NCBI GenBank assembly: GCA_046726415.1
Contig: JBKPAK010000008.1
Coordinates: forward strand, 32,001 to 96,000
Reading direction: 5' to 3'
DNA length: 64,000 bases
Origin: Candidatus Methylomirabilota bacterium
Lineage (GTDB): Bacteria > Methylomirabilota > Methylomirabilia > Rokubacteriales > CSP1-6
Under the pieces are notes generated by a model, which was not told the DNA's origin, did no database searches, and saw only the letters and a list, made by a program, of their open reading frames with translations. Below, one piece after another: positions 11,639 through 19,644 of the stretch (the stretch's first letter is position 1; each line of letters begins with the position of its first letter). The position numbers and the translations under genes are program-made.

Positions 11639-12211
11639 CTAGGTCCCGGTGCCCGGAGTGGCGGCGGATGTCTCGGCGTCTGCGGTGACCTCCGCGCTCT
11701 CCAGCGCAACCGCGGCGGCATTGATGGTGGCGGCAATCCGGACGGCGTCGTTGACGTGGTCGGCAGTGAGGCCGCCGTCCATCACCACCTTCTCGTGGGC
11801 GCGGATGCACATCTCGCAGCCGTTGATGGCGCTGACGGCGAGCGAGAACAGCTCGAAGTCCGTCCTGTTCGTAGCGGGCTGCACCAGGCGGTTCATGCGC
11901 AGTCCGGCCGCCTTCTCGGCGTAGACGGGCTTGCCCACCATGTGGCGGAATCGGTAGTAGACGTTGTTCATGGCCATGAGCGCGGCGGCGGCCGTGGCAT
12001 CTTCCAGGACGGCAGCATCCACGACCCGCGCGGCATCGGCGGTGATCGCGGCCCGCAGCCGGCGGTTGCGGGCGGCGATGGCCGACGCCACCGCCACCCC
12101 CCAGCGCTGAGGCTCGGAGAGCGCGCCGCCCTTCAACACGGTCGGCAGATTGAGCCGGATGTCCTTGGCGGCCTCGGGGAGGGCCGCCCGGAGTGCGTCG
12201 ATCGCGTGCAT
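11639..12211 (-). CDS. ahpD: Alkyl hydroperoxide reductase AhpD
   Basis: AKDIRLNL, MAMNNVYYRF, SAINGCEMCIRAH (CxxC); directly follows ahpC. Confidence 0.93.
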   Translation of the reverse strand: MHAIDALRAALPEAAKDIRLNLPTVLKGGALSEPQRWGVAVASAIAARNRRLRAAITADAARVVDAAVLEDATAAAALMAMNNVYYRFRHMVGKPVYAEKAAGLRMNRLVQPATNRTDFELFSLAVSAINGCEMCIRAHEKVVMDGGLTADHVNDAVRIAATINAAAVALESAEVTADAETSAATPGTGT

Positions 12212-12213
12212 GA

Positions 12214-12756
12214 CTACGCCACCTGAAGGGTCGGCTCTCCCGCCTTCCAGTTGCAGGGGCACAGCTCACCGGTCTGCAGAGCTTCGAGGACCCGCAGCAC
12301 CTCGTCGACGTTGCGGCCAACGGACAGGTCATTGGCGGTGGCGAAGCGAATGATGCTCTCGGGATCGGCGATGAAGGTGGCGCGAAGCGGGACTCCTTCG
12401 CCTCGGTGCAGGATTCCGAGCGCTGCCGACAGCTCGCGCTTGGTATCGGCCAGCATGGGGAAGGGCAAATTCTTGAGCTCGGCATGGTCGCGCCGCCACG
12501 CGAGATGGACGAAGTGCGTGTCGGTGCTCATGCCGAGCACCTGCGCATCGCGGTCGACGAAGTCGCCGTGGCGCTTGCCGAACTCCGCGATCTCGGTCCG
12601 GCAGACGAACGTGAAGTCCATGGGCCAGGCGAAGAGCACGAGCCATTTGCCGGGATAGCTCCCCTTCGTGATCCGGCGGAACTCCTGGCCACGGTCGAGA
12701 CTCACCACGGCCTGCAGGTCGAAATCGGGCAGACGATCCCCAACGGTCAGCATCAC
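12214..12756 (-). CDS. ahpC: 2-Cys peroxiredoxin AhpC
   Basis: WPMDFTFVC(R)TEI peroxidatic motif, GRNVDEVLRVL, LCPCNW. Confidence 0.93.
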   Translation of the reverse strand: MMLTVGDRLPDFDLQAVVSLDRGQEFRRITKGSYPGKWLVLFAWPMDFTFVCRTEIAEFGKRHGDFVDRDAQVLGMSTDTHFVHLAWRRDHAELKNLPFPMLADTKRELSAALGILHRGEGVPLRATFIADPESIIRFATANDLSVGRNVDEVLRVLEALQTGELCPCNWKAGEPTLQVA

Positions 12757-12788
12757 GAGCGGTCTCCTTTCGAGGTTGAGTGAGCCTT

Positions 12789-12820
12789 ACTTTCAGTATT
12801 AGGAAACCTTAATTATACGC
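12789..12820 (-). promoter_or_regulatory. AT-rich ahpC promoter/operator region with TATAAT -10
   Basis: Minus strand reads GCGTATAATTAAGGTTTCCTAATACTGAAAGT, which is strikingly AT-rich for this genome, about 55 nt upstream of ahpC. Confidence 0.5.
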
Positions 12821-12951
12821 ATGCATCAACCGGAACGGTCGATGCTCGGGTCGCCGACACCGATGCCCGCGCCATCTCCAGACCGGTCGAGAGAGCGCCG
12901 GGGACACCGCCTGTCGTGTGCCGCAGAGTCTCGACCCCCATATCTCCCGGC

Positions 12952-12981
12952 TTGCCAGCATCCTAAACATGAGATGAGTAT
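12952..12981 (+). promoter_or_regulatory. Candidate imuA promoter with possible LexA (SOS) box
   Basis: TTGCCA at 12952-12957 followed by CTAAACATGAGATGAG (12963-12978), just upstream of the imuA ATG. Confidence 0.3.
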
Positions 12982-12987
12982 TTCGAT

Positions 12988-13563
12988 ATGAGTGACCCAG
13001 AGGCGAGACCGGATGCACTCACTGCGCGGGTGGTGCGCCCTGGGGCGATCACCGAGGTGGTCGGTGGTCTCTCCTCAGGGCGTACCAGTGTCCTGATGGC
13101 GTGCCTGCGGGATCTCACCCTGGCGGCGGCCGTGGTCGCGCTGGTGGACACTGATCACGCGTTCGATCCCGGCTCCGCCAGGCGGGCGGGGCTCGATCTT
13201 CGACGTCTCCTCTGGGTGCGCTGCGGAGGCCGTCGCGATGTGGCGCTGCGCGCGACCGATCTCCTCGTACGCTGCCCAGGCTTTGCCCTGATCGGGCTCG
13301 ATGTCGGCGAGTCGCCGCCCCGCCTGCCGCTCACCGCGGCCTTCCGGCTGAAGCTCGCCGTGCGCCGCTCGGGGGCGGCCCTGCTCGTCGTCGGCGCTCG
13401 GCGCATCACCGGCGCGGGAGCGTCGCTGGCACTGGAAAGCGCGCGGGAGGCGCTCGCCTGGTCTGGTCCCGGCCCCACTCCAACGCGACTCGTGAGCATG
13501 CGCTCGCGCCTCTCGGTATTGCGTGGCCTGGGCGACGGACTCGCCATGGAGTGGACGGCATGA
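12988..13563 (+). CDS. imuA: ImuA-like RecA-fold accessory protein
   Basis: GAITEVVGGLSSGRTS degenerate Walker A, ALVDTDHAFDPGSARRAGLDLRRLLWVR; first gene of the imuB-dnaE2 cassette. Confidence 0.85.
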   Translation: MSDPEARPDALTARVVRPGAITEVVGGLSSGRTSVLMACLRDLTLAAAVVALVDTDHAFDPGSARRAGLDLRRLLWVRCGGRRDVALRATDLLVRCPGFALIGLDVGESPPRLPLTAAFRLKLAVRRSGAALLVVGARRITGAGASLALESAREALAWSGPGPTPTRLVSMRSRLSVLRGLGDGLAMEWTA

Positions 13564-15065
13564 GCCGCTGGGCCTGCGTGCTGGTTCCTCACTTCGCGGC
13601 GGCGGCGGCCGAGCGTGTCGAGCCGGGGCTATGCGAGCGTCCTCTGGCGATCGTGACGGGCGCGCCGCCTGTCACGCGTATCGTCGAAGCCAACATGTCC
13701 GCCCGCGAGCAGGGCGCGGCACCGGGAATGACCGAGGCCGAGGGGCGCACGCGCTGCCCCGCGCTCGCCTCGCGTCCCGCCACCCCGGAGCTCGTGGAGT
13801 GCGCCTCACAGGCGCTGCTCCAGGCGTGTCTCGGCGTATCCCCACGGATTGAGGACGCCGCCCCCGGTGTCGTCCATCTCGAGATCGACGGGCTCGAGCG
13901 CCTGATCGGCGACGACGGCGCGATTGGTCACCGACTGGCGCGATTGGCGACGCGCGTGGGACTGCCCGCGCGCATCGGCATCGCGGATAGCCGCGTGGCG
14001 GCGCGGGTCGCGGCGCGGCGGGCGACCGGACGCGTGACGGTCGTTCCGCCTGGTGCCGACGTGACCACGCTCGCCGCTACACCGCTCGAAGTGTTGGAGC
14101 TGGGGGACGATCTTCGGGGGACGCTCGCGCGCTGGGGAGTGACCACGCTCGGCGACCTGGCCGCACTGTCGCCCGCGGGGCTTGGTGACCGGCTCGGCGC
14201 GGCAGGGTTGCGGGCACACGACCTCGCGCGGGGTCGGGACCTCGGGCCGTTCCGGCCCTACGTGCCACCGCCGTTCTGGGAGGAGGCGCTCGGGCTCGAC
14301 TGGGAAATCGACACGGTGCCTGCACTCGCCGTGGCGCTGGAGATGGTGCTCGGGCGGCTCACCGCCCGACTCGCCGCCGCGCGTCTGGCCGCCGATGCGC
14401 TCTGCCTCCGCATGGGGCTGGCCACTGGGGGACACGACGAGCGGCAGATGCCGCTGGCCTATCCCCTGCGCGAGCCGGCACCGATGTTGACCTTGCTCCG
14501 ACTCTCGCTCGAAGCCCACCCGCCGGCGGCGCCAGTCACCCGCATCGTGGTGAGCGCCAGCAGTGTGGCCGCGCGCCCGGCCCCGCGCGAGCTATGGGAG
14601 CCGGCGGGGCCCCCCACGCGCGACCTGGGAGCGGTGCTCGCGCGGCTGGTCGCCCTGGCCGGTCCCCAGAACGTGGGCTCGCCGGTGGTGAGCGACTCGC
14701 ACCGGCCTGACGCCTTCACGATGGTGCCTTTCGTGCCGCCGGCCGGAGGGCGACCGGAGCTCCCCACCTCCCTGTTCCTCACTCCGCTGGTTCTTCGGCG
14801 CCTTCGCCCTCCGCGGCGCATCGAGGTGGAGACGGACGGGACGGGGCGAGCCAGCGGACGGCTTCCGGCGCGGGTGACCCTCGGCGGTCGTGCGCCCGTG
14901 CGCGTCGCCACCTGCGCGGGCCCGTGGCGGGTCAGCGGGGAGTGGTGGGACGCACGCCCGTGGGCGCGAGACGAGTGGGACGTGGAACTCGCCGACGGCG
15001 TGGTCTGTCGCCTCGCCCGCGATCGCATCTCCCACGCCTGGTATCTCGACGGGGTCTACGACTGA
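13560..15065 (+). CDS. imuB: ImuB, Y-family polymerase-like accessory protein
   Basis: GAAPGMTEAE, SPRIED, C-terminal GPWRVSGEWW...ARDEWDV...WYLDGVYD; ATGA overlap with imuA. Confidence 0.88.
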   Translation: MSRWACVLVPHFAAAAAERVEPGLCERPLAIVTGAPPVTRIVEANMSAREQGAAPGMTEAEGRTRCPALASRPATPELVECASQALLQACLGVSPRIEDAAPGVVHLEIDGLERLIGDDGAIGHRLARLATRVGLPARIGIADSRVAARVAARRATGRVTVVPPGADVTTLAATPLEVLELGDDLRGTLARWGVTTLGDLAALSPAGLGDRLGAAGLRAHDLARGRDLGPFRPYVPPPFWEEALGLDWEIDTVPALAVALEMVLGRLTARLAAARLAADALCLRMGLATGGHDERQMPLAYPLREPAPMLTLLRLSLEAHPPAAPVTRIVVSASSVAARPAPRELWEPAGPPTRDLGAVLARLVALAGPQNVGSPVVSDSHRPDAFTMVPFVPPAGGRPELPTSLFLTPLVLRRLRPPRRIEVETDGTGRASGRLPARVTLGGRAPVRVATCAGPWRVSGEWWDARPWARDEWDVELADGVVCRLARDRISHAWYLDGVYD

Positions 15066-15070
15066 GTCCC

Positions 15071-18000
15071 ATGTTCGGCGAGCTCCACGCCCAGTCGGCG
15101 TTTTCGTTTCTCGAAGGCGCGGAGCAGCCAGAAGCGCTGGTGGCCGAAGCCGCCCGCCTGGACATGGGCGTGCTGGCCCTCGTCGACCGCGACAGCCTCG
15201 CGGGGGCTCCCCGCTTCTACCAAGCCGCCCTGCGCGCGGGGATCCGCCCGCTCATCGGCAGCGAGCTCACCCTTCGCGACGGCACTCGGCTGCCGCTGCT
15301 CGTCGAGGACCGCGAGGGCTACCAGAACCTCTCGCGGCTGATCACCCTGATGAAGCTCCGTGCCCCCAAGGGGGAGGGGGCGCTCGATCTGGACGAGATC
15401 GCACCCTACTCGACCGGGCTCGTGTGCCTCACGGGGGGAACTCACGGTCCCCTCGCACGCCTGGTGGCCGCCGGCGATGCTCGCGCCGCGCGCGCGGCGC
15501 TCGATCGCCTGGTGGGGATCTTCGGTGCCGACAATTGCTGGGTCGAGGTTCAGCGTCATCTCGACCGAGGCCAAGAACGCGTGCTCCAGCGGCTCGTCCG
15601 CCTTGCCCGCGACGCTCGTCTGTCCTTCGTGGGAACCAACCAGCCCCTCTACTGTGGCGAGCGCGGGGCGATCGTCGACGACGGCGCCCCATGGTCGAGC
15701 GGACGGGCTCTGGCTGACGTGCTGACGTGTATCCGCGAGAAGACCACACTCGATGCTGCCGGCCACCTCCTCGCGGTGAATGACGAACGCCGCCTCAAGC
15801 CCGGCGTCGAGATGGCCCGTCTCTTTGCCGATCTCCCGGAGGTGGTCACGAATACCGGCGAGCTGGCCCTGCGCCTGGCCTTCACGCTCAAGGACGTGGG
15901 CTATCGCTTTCCTGACTTTCCCCTGCCCCCCGGCCAGACCCCCCACGAGTATCTGCGGGCGCTGGCCGAGCGAGGCGCGCGGCAGCGCTACGGCCAGGGA
16001 TCGCTCGCCGGCAAGGCGCGCCGCCAGATCGCCCACGAGCTGGAGATCATCGGGCGCCTCGACCTGGCCGGCTACTTCCTCATCGTGTGGGACATCGTCG
16101 AGTACTGCCATCGCCAGAACATCCTGGTGCAGGGGCGGGGCTCGGCCGCCAACAGCGCGGTCTGCTACGCGCTCGGCATCACCGCCGTCGATCCGGTGAA
16201 GATGGAGCTGCTCTTCGAACGCTTCCTCTCCGAGGCGCGCGGCGAGTGGCCGGATATCGACCTCGATCTGCCCAGCGGCGACCGCCGCGAGGAGGTCATT
16301 CAGCACGTGTACCGGCAGTACGGCCGCCTCGGCGCGGCCATGACCGCAAACGTCATCACCTATCGGGGCCGGAGTGCTGCGCGCGAGGTCGGTAAAGCCC
16401 TGGGCTTGCCGGAGGATCTCCGCGAGCGGCTGTCCAAGCTCGTGCCCAACTGGGGCTATCGCGACCCTGCCGACGTGCTGACCCGCCACCTCGCCGCCGC
16501 CGGCTGCGATCCCGCGCATCCTCGGATCCGGGCCTTCGCCGCCCTGTGGACGCGCATCCAGGACCTGCCCCGCCACCTCGGCCAGCACTCGGGGGGTATG
16601 GTCATCGCGGCCGGCCGCCTCGACGACATCGTGCCGCTCGAGCCGGCCACCATGCCGGGGCGCGTGGTGATCCAGTGGGACAAGGAGGACTGCGCCGCCC
16701 TCGGCATCATCAAGGTCGATCTCCTGGGATTGCGGATGATGTCGGTGATCCAGGAGGCCATCCAGATCGTGGGGGAGACGGGCGGGGAGATCGATCTCGC
16801 GCATTTGCCTGCCGACGACGAAACGGTGTACGGCATGCTGCGCGAGGCCGACACCATCGGGGTCTTCCAGGTGGAGAGCCGCGCCCAGATGGCCACGCTG
16901 CCGCGCATCCAGCCCGAGCGCTTCTACGACCTGGTGGTACAGGTAGCCATCATCCGCCCCGGCCCCATCGTGGGCGACATGGTGCATCCGTACATCAATC
17001 GCCGCCGTGGGCGTGAGCCCATCACCTATCCGCATCCCAGTCTGAAGCCGATTCTCGAGCGGACGCTCGGCGTCCCACTGTTCCAGGAGCAACTGCTGAG
17101 GATGGCCATGGCCACGGCCGGCTTTACCGGAACCCAAGCCGAGGAGCTCCGCCGTGCCTTCGGCTTCAAGCGCAGCGAGGCGCGCATGAAGGAGGTGGAG
17201 GCCAAGCTGCGCACGGGGATGGCCCGTCAAGGCATCGAAGGTGATGCCGCCGAACAGATTGTCCACGCGATCACCGCCTTCGCGCTGTACGGGTTTCCCG
17301 AGTCGCATGCCTCGAGCTTCGCGCTGCTTGCCTATGCCAGCGCGTATCTCAAGGCACACCACCCGGCGGCGTTCTACGCGGCGCTGCTGAACAACCAGCC
17401 GATGGGGTTCTATCACCCGGCCACGATCGTGAAGGATGCGCAGCGCCACGGACAGCGCATCCTGCCGGTGGACGTCAGGCAGTCGGAGTGGCTCTGCACG
17501 GTGGAACCGTGGAGCCGCGACGCGGCGACCAGAGGTGAGGGCGAGAGGCCTCTTCGGCAACGCGACCTTGATCAGCGGGGCGTGCCGCCAACCGGCACGT
17601 TCGCCGTCCGCCTCGGCCTCCGCTATGTGAAGGGACTGCGGGAGAGCGCGGCCAAGGCCCTGGTGGCCGCCCGGGCCGAGCGACCCTTCGCCTCGCCGAT
17701 CGACGTGGCCCACCGGGTCCCGCTCGATCGTGCCGAGCGCGAGACCCTGGCGTCCATCGGCGCCTTCGCATCCCTGGGGGGGACGCGTCGACAAAACATG
17801 TGGGCGATGGCTCGGTTGCCGGGCGGTCCGCTCTTCGCGACGGTTGAAACTCGCGAGGGGATGTCTTGCCGAGGTGACGATGAGGCGGGGCAGGAGAGGC
17901 GCTCACGCTCCCCGGCAGGCTCGGCAGACGAGCGGTCGCCTTTGCGCGAGATGACCCAGATCGAGCGGCTGGAAGCTGACTATGGCGGCACCAGTGTCAC

Positions 18001-18367
18001 GGTCGGCCGTCATCCCATGGCCTTCAGGCGTGCGGATCTCGCTGCCCGTGGAGTGAGGCGTGCGTGCGATCTGGCTCGTGCATCCCCCGGCCAGCGCATC
18101 CGCGTGGCCGGCAGCGTCATCGTGCGCCAGCGGCCGGGGACCGCCAAGGGCTTCGTGTTCCTCAGCCTGGAGGACGAAACGGGCATCGCCAATGTGATCG
18201 TGACCCCTCAGTTGTTCGAGCGCCACCGCCTGGTGCTGGTCACCGAGCCCATCCTCATGGTGGAGGGTGTGCTCCAGAAGCAGGACGGCGTAGTATCGAT
18301 CAAGGCCGGCCGCGTGCAGGAGCTGCCGCGCCTGGCCCACAATGTCCCCTCCCACGACTTCGGATAA
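15071..18367 (+). CDS. dnaE2: Error-prone DNA polymerase DnaE2 (ImuC)
   Basis: PHP domain ELHAQSAFSFLEGA, GRGSAANS, PDIDLD, YGFPESH, OB-fold RQRPGTAKGFVFLSLEDETG, C-terminal SHDF. Confidence 0.96.
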   Translation: MFGELHAQSAFSFLEGAEQPEALVAEAARLDMGVLALVDRDSLAGAPRFYQAALRAGIRPLIGSELTLRDGTRLPLLVEDREGYQNLSRLITLMKLRAPKGEGALDLDEIAPYSTGLVCLTGGTHGPLARLVAAGDARAARAALDRLVGIFGADNCWVEVQRHLDRGQERVLQRLVRLARDARLSFVGTNQPLYCGERGAIVDDGAPWSSGRALADVLTCIREKTTLDAAGHLLAVNDERRLKPGVEMARLFADLPEVVTNTGELALRLAFTLKDVGYRFPDFPLPPGQTPHEYLRALAERGARQRYGQGSLAGKARRQIAHELEIIGRLDLAGYFLIVWDIVEYCHRQNILVQGRGSAANSAVCYALGITAVDPVKMELLFERFLSEARGEWPDIDLDLPSGDRREEVIQHVYRQYGRLGAAMTANVITYRGRSAAREVGKALGLPEDLRERLSKLVPNWGYRDPADVLTRHLAAAGCDPAHPRIRAFAALWTRIQDLPRHLGQHSGGMVIAAGRLDDIVPLEPATMPGRVVIQWDKEDCAALGIIKVDLLGLRMMSVIQEAIQIVGETGGEIDLAHLPADDETVYGMLREADTIGVFQVESRAQMATLPRIQPERFYDLVVQVAIIRPGPIVGDMVHPYINRRRGREPITYPHPSLKPILERTLGVPLFQEQLLRMAMATAGFTGTQAEELRRAFGFKRSEARMKEVEAKLRTGMARQGIEGDAAEQIVHAITAFALYGFPESHASSFALLAYASAYLKAHHPAAFYAALLNNQPMGFYHPATIVKDAQRHGQRILPVDVRQSEWLCTVEPWSRDAATRGEGERPLRQRDLDQRGVPPTGTFAVRLGLRYVKGLRESAAKALVAARAERPFASPIDVAHRVPLDRAERETLASIGAFASLGGTRRQNMWAMARLPGGPLFATVETREGMSCRGDDEAGQERRSRSPAGSADERSPLREMTQIERLEADYGGTSVTVGRHPMAFRRADLAARGVRRACDLARASPGQRIRVAGSVIVRQRPGTAKGFVFLSLEDETGIANVIVTPQLFERHRLVLVTEPILMVEGVLQKQDGVVSIKAGRVQELPRLAHNVPSHDFG

Positions 18368-18549
18368 CGATGCGGGGCGGATGGCGCGCTCTCGCGTGCC
18401 GCGCCTCCCCGGGATGCGGGGCGCTGCCGGCGCGCCTGGCCGAGGTCTCGTCACGAGCCCGGTGTCCGGCACGTCCAGCTCCACGCGTGGGCCGTGTTGG
18501 GTGGCCGCCTGCCGGCGCAGCGGCCGGACCCCTTCGCGAGGGGGCGACC

Positions 18550-18990
18550 ATGAGTATCGAAGATAGGCTGGCCATCCAGGAGATCATCGCTCAGTACTCG
18601 TATGCATACGACGGCAAGGACGTCGAAGGCTTTGCCCGGCTGTTCGTGGAGGACGGCGTGTTCGAGGTCTTCGTCCCGGGCAAGACCATCGCCTCGGTCC
18701 GACTCCAGTCGAGAACGGAGATTCGCCAGTGGGCCGCCCAACGACTGCAAGAACGTCACGGGCGATTCACCAGCCGTCACTACCAATCCGGTATTCTGTT
18801 TGAGAAGCTGACATCGGATTCGGCCGTCACGCGAACCATGGTGCTGGTAACCCACCAGGAGGTGGCTGAGGCTGCGCCGCGTCCGACCGTCTCGGGGGTC
18901 TATCACGATCACTGGCGCAAGACACGCGCAGGATGGCGGCTCGCGCGCCGGGCCGCCCATGTTGACCGAGATCCCGGCTTTTCGACGTAG
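18550..18990 (+). CDS. NTF2/SnoaL-like family protein
   Basis: EDRLAIQEIIAQYSYAYDGKD...FARLFVEDG, GVYHDHWRKTRAGWR. Confidence 0.85.
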   Translation: MSIEDRLAIQEIIAQYSYAYDGKDVEGFARLFVEDGVFEVFVPGKTIASVRLQSRTEIRQWAAQRLQERHGRFTSRHYQSGILFEKLTSDSAVTRTMVLVTHQEVAEAAPRPTVSGVYHDHWRKTRAGWRLARRAAHVDRDPGFST

Positions 18991-19072
18991 CGGCAGAGGA
19001 CGCCAACTGCCCTGCCGGACGTGGCGTCCCGCCGCGGACGACCCCGAGATGAGACCGAGTGGAGGATCGCTC

Positions 19073-19474
19073 ATGTGTCGAAGCATCAAGACGCTCTACA
19101 ACTTCACACCGCCGGCCACGGATGAGGAAATCCGGGCATCGTCCCTGCAGTTCGTCCGCAAACTGAGTGGCTTCACCAGGCCTTCCAAAGCCAACGAAGT
19201 CGCTTTCACTCGGGCCGTGGACCAGGTAGAGCAGGCCGGGCGGGAGCTATTGGCTTCGCTCGTCACGAGCGCCCCGCCTCGCGATCGCGCGGTCGAAGCT
19301 TCGAAAGCTCGCGCCAAGGCGGCCGGGCGTGTTCACGCCTCCGATGCGAGGCTCGCTACCCACCCCGGGATGAGCGCGGACGGGGACTCACCCGACTCGT
19401 CACGGCAGGGTGGCCGTGGCGCCGGCCGCTCAACGGCAGGTGGCGCGCGGCCCGAAGAAAGGAGGACTCCATGA
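19073..19474 (+). CDS. DUF2277 family protein with a low-complexity C-terminal extension
   Basis: MCRSIKTLYNFTPPATDEEIRASSLQFVRKLSGF; GGAGG SD. Confidence 0.8.
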   Translation: MCRSIKTLYNFTPPATDEEIRASSLQFVRKLSGFTRPSKANEVAFTRAVDQVEQAGRELLASLVTSAPPRDRAVEASKARAKAAGRVHASDARLATHPGMSADGDSPDSSRQGGRGAGRSTAGGARPEERRTP

Positions 19475-19644
19475 CGCTTCCATCGGCGGTCTTACTCCGC
19501 GGCGGGCTCGGCTTGCGCATCGAGTTCATCGATGGCCAGGCGACGTTCTACGCCGGGGGTGGGCGAGACGGCGTGATCAATGACCTTGGCGGCAACGACC
19601 TGTGCTTCGGGATGGAGTCGAAGCAGCCGCTCGCCACGCCGTGA
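19471..19644 (+). CDS. 57-aa small ORF or gene remnant with RTX-like GGxGxD segments
   Basis: AGGAGG SD; overlaps both neighbours by 4 nt (ATGA, GTGA); contains YAGGGRDGVINDLGGNDLCFG. Confidence 0.35.
   Translation: MTLPSAVLLRGGLGLRIEFIDGQATFYAGGGRDGVINDLGGNDLCFGMESKQPLATP

Noticed and set aside
15056-17794. Long antisense ORFs (e.g. 15056-17794, 52607-55216, 57336-59840, 44846-46927, 1391-3424)
   Set aside because: They mirror well-supported genes on the other strand or frame and carry no motifs; this is expected at high GC3
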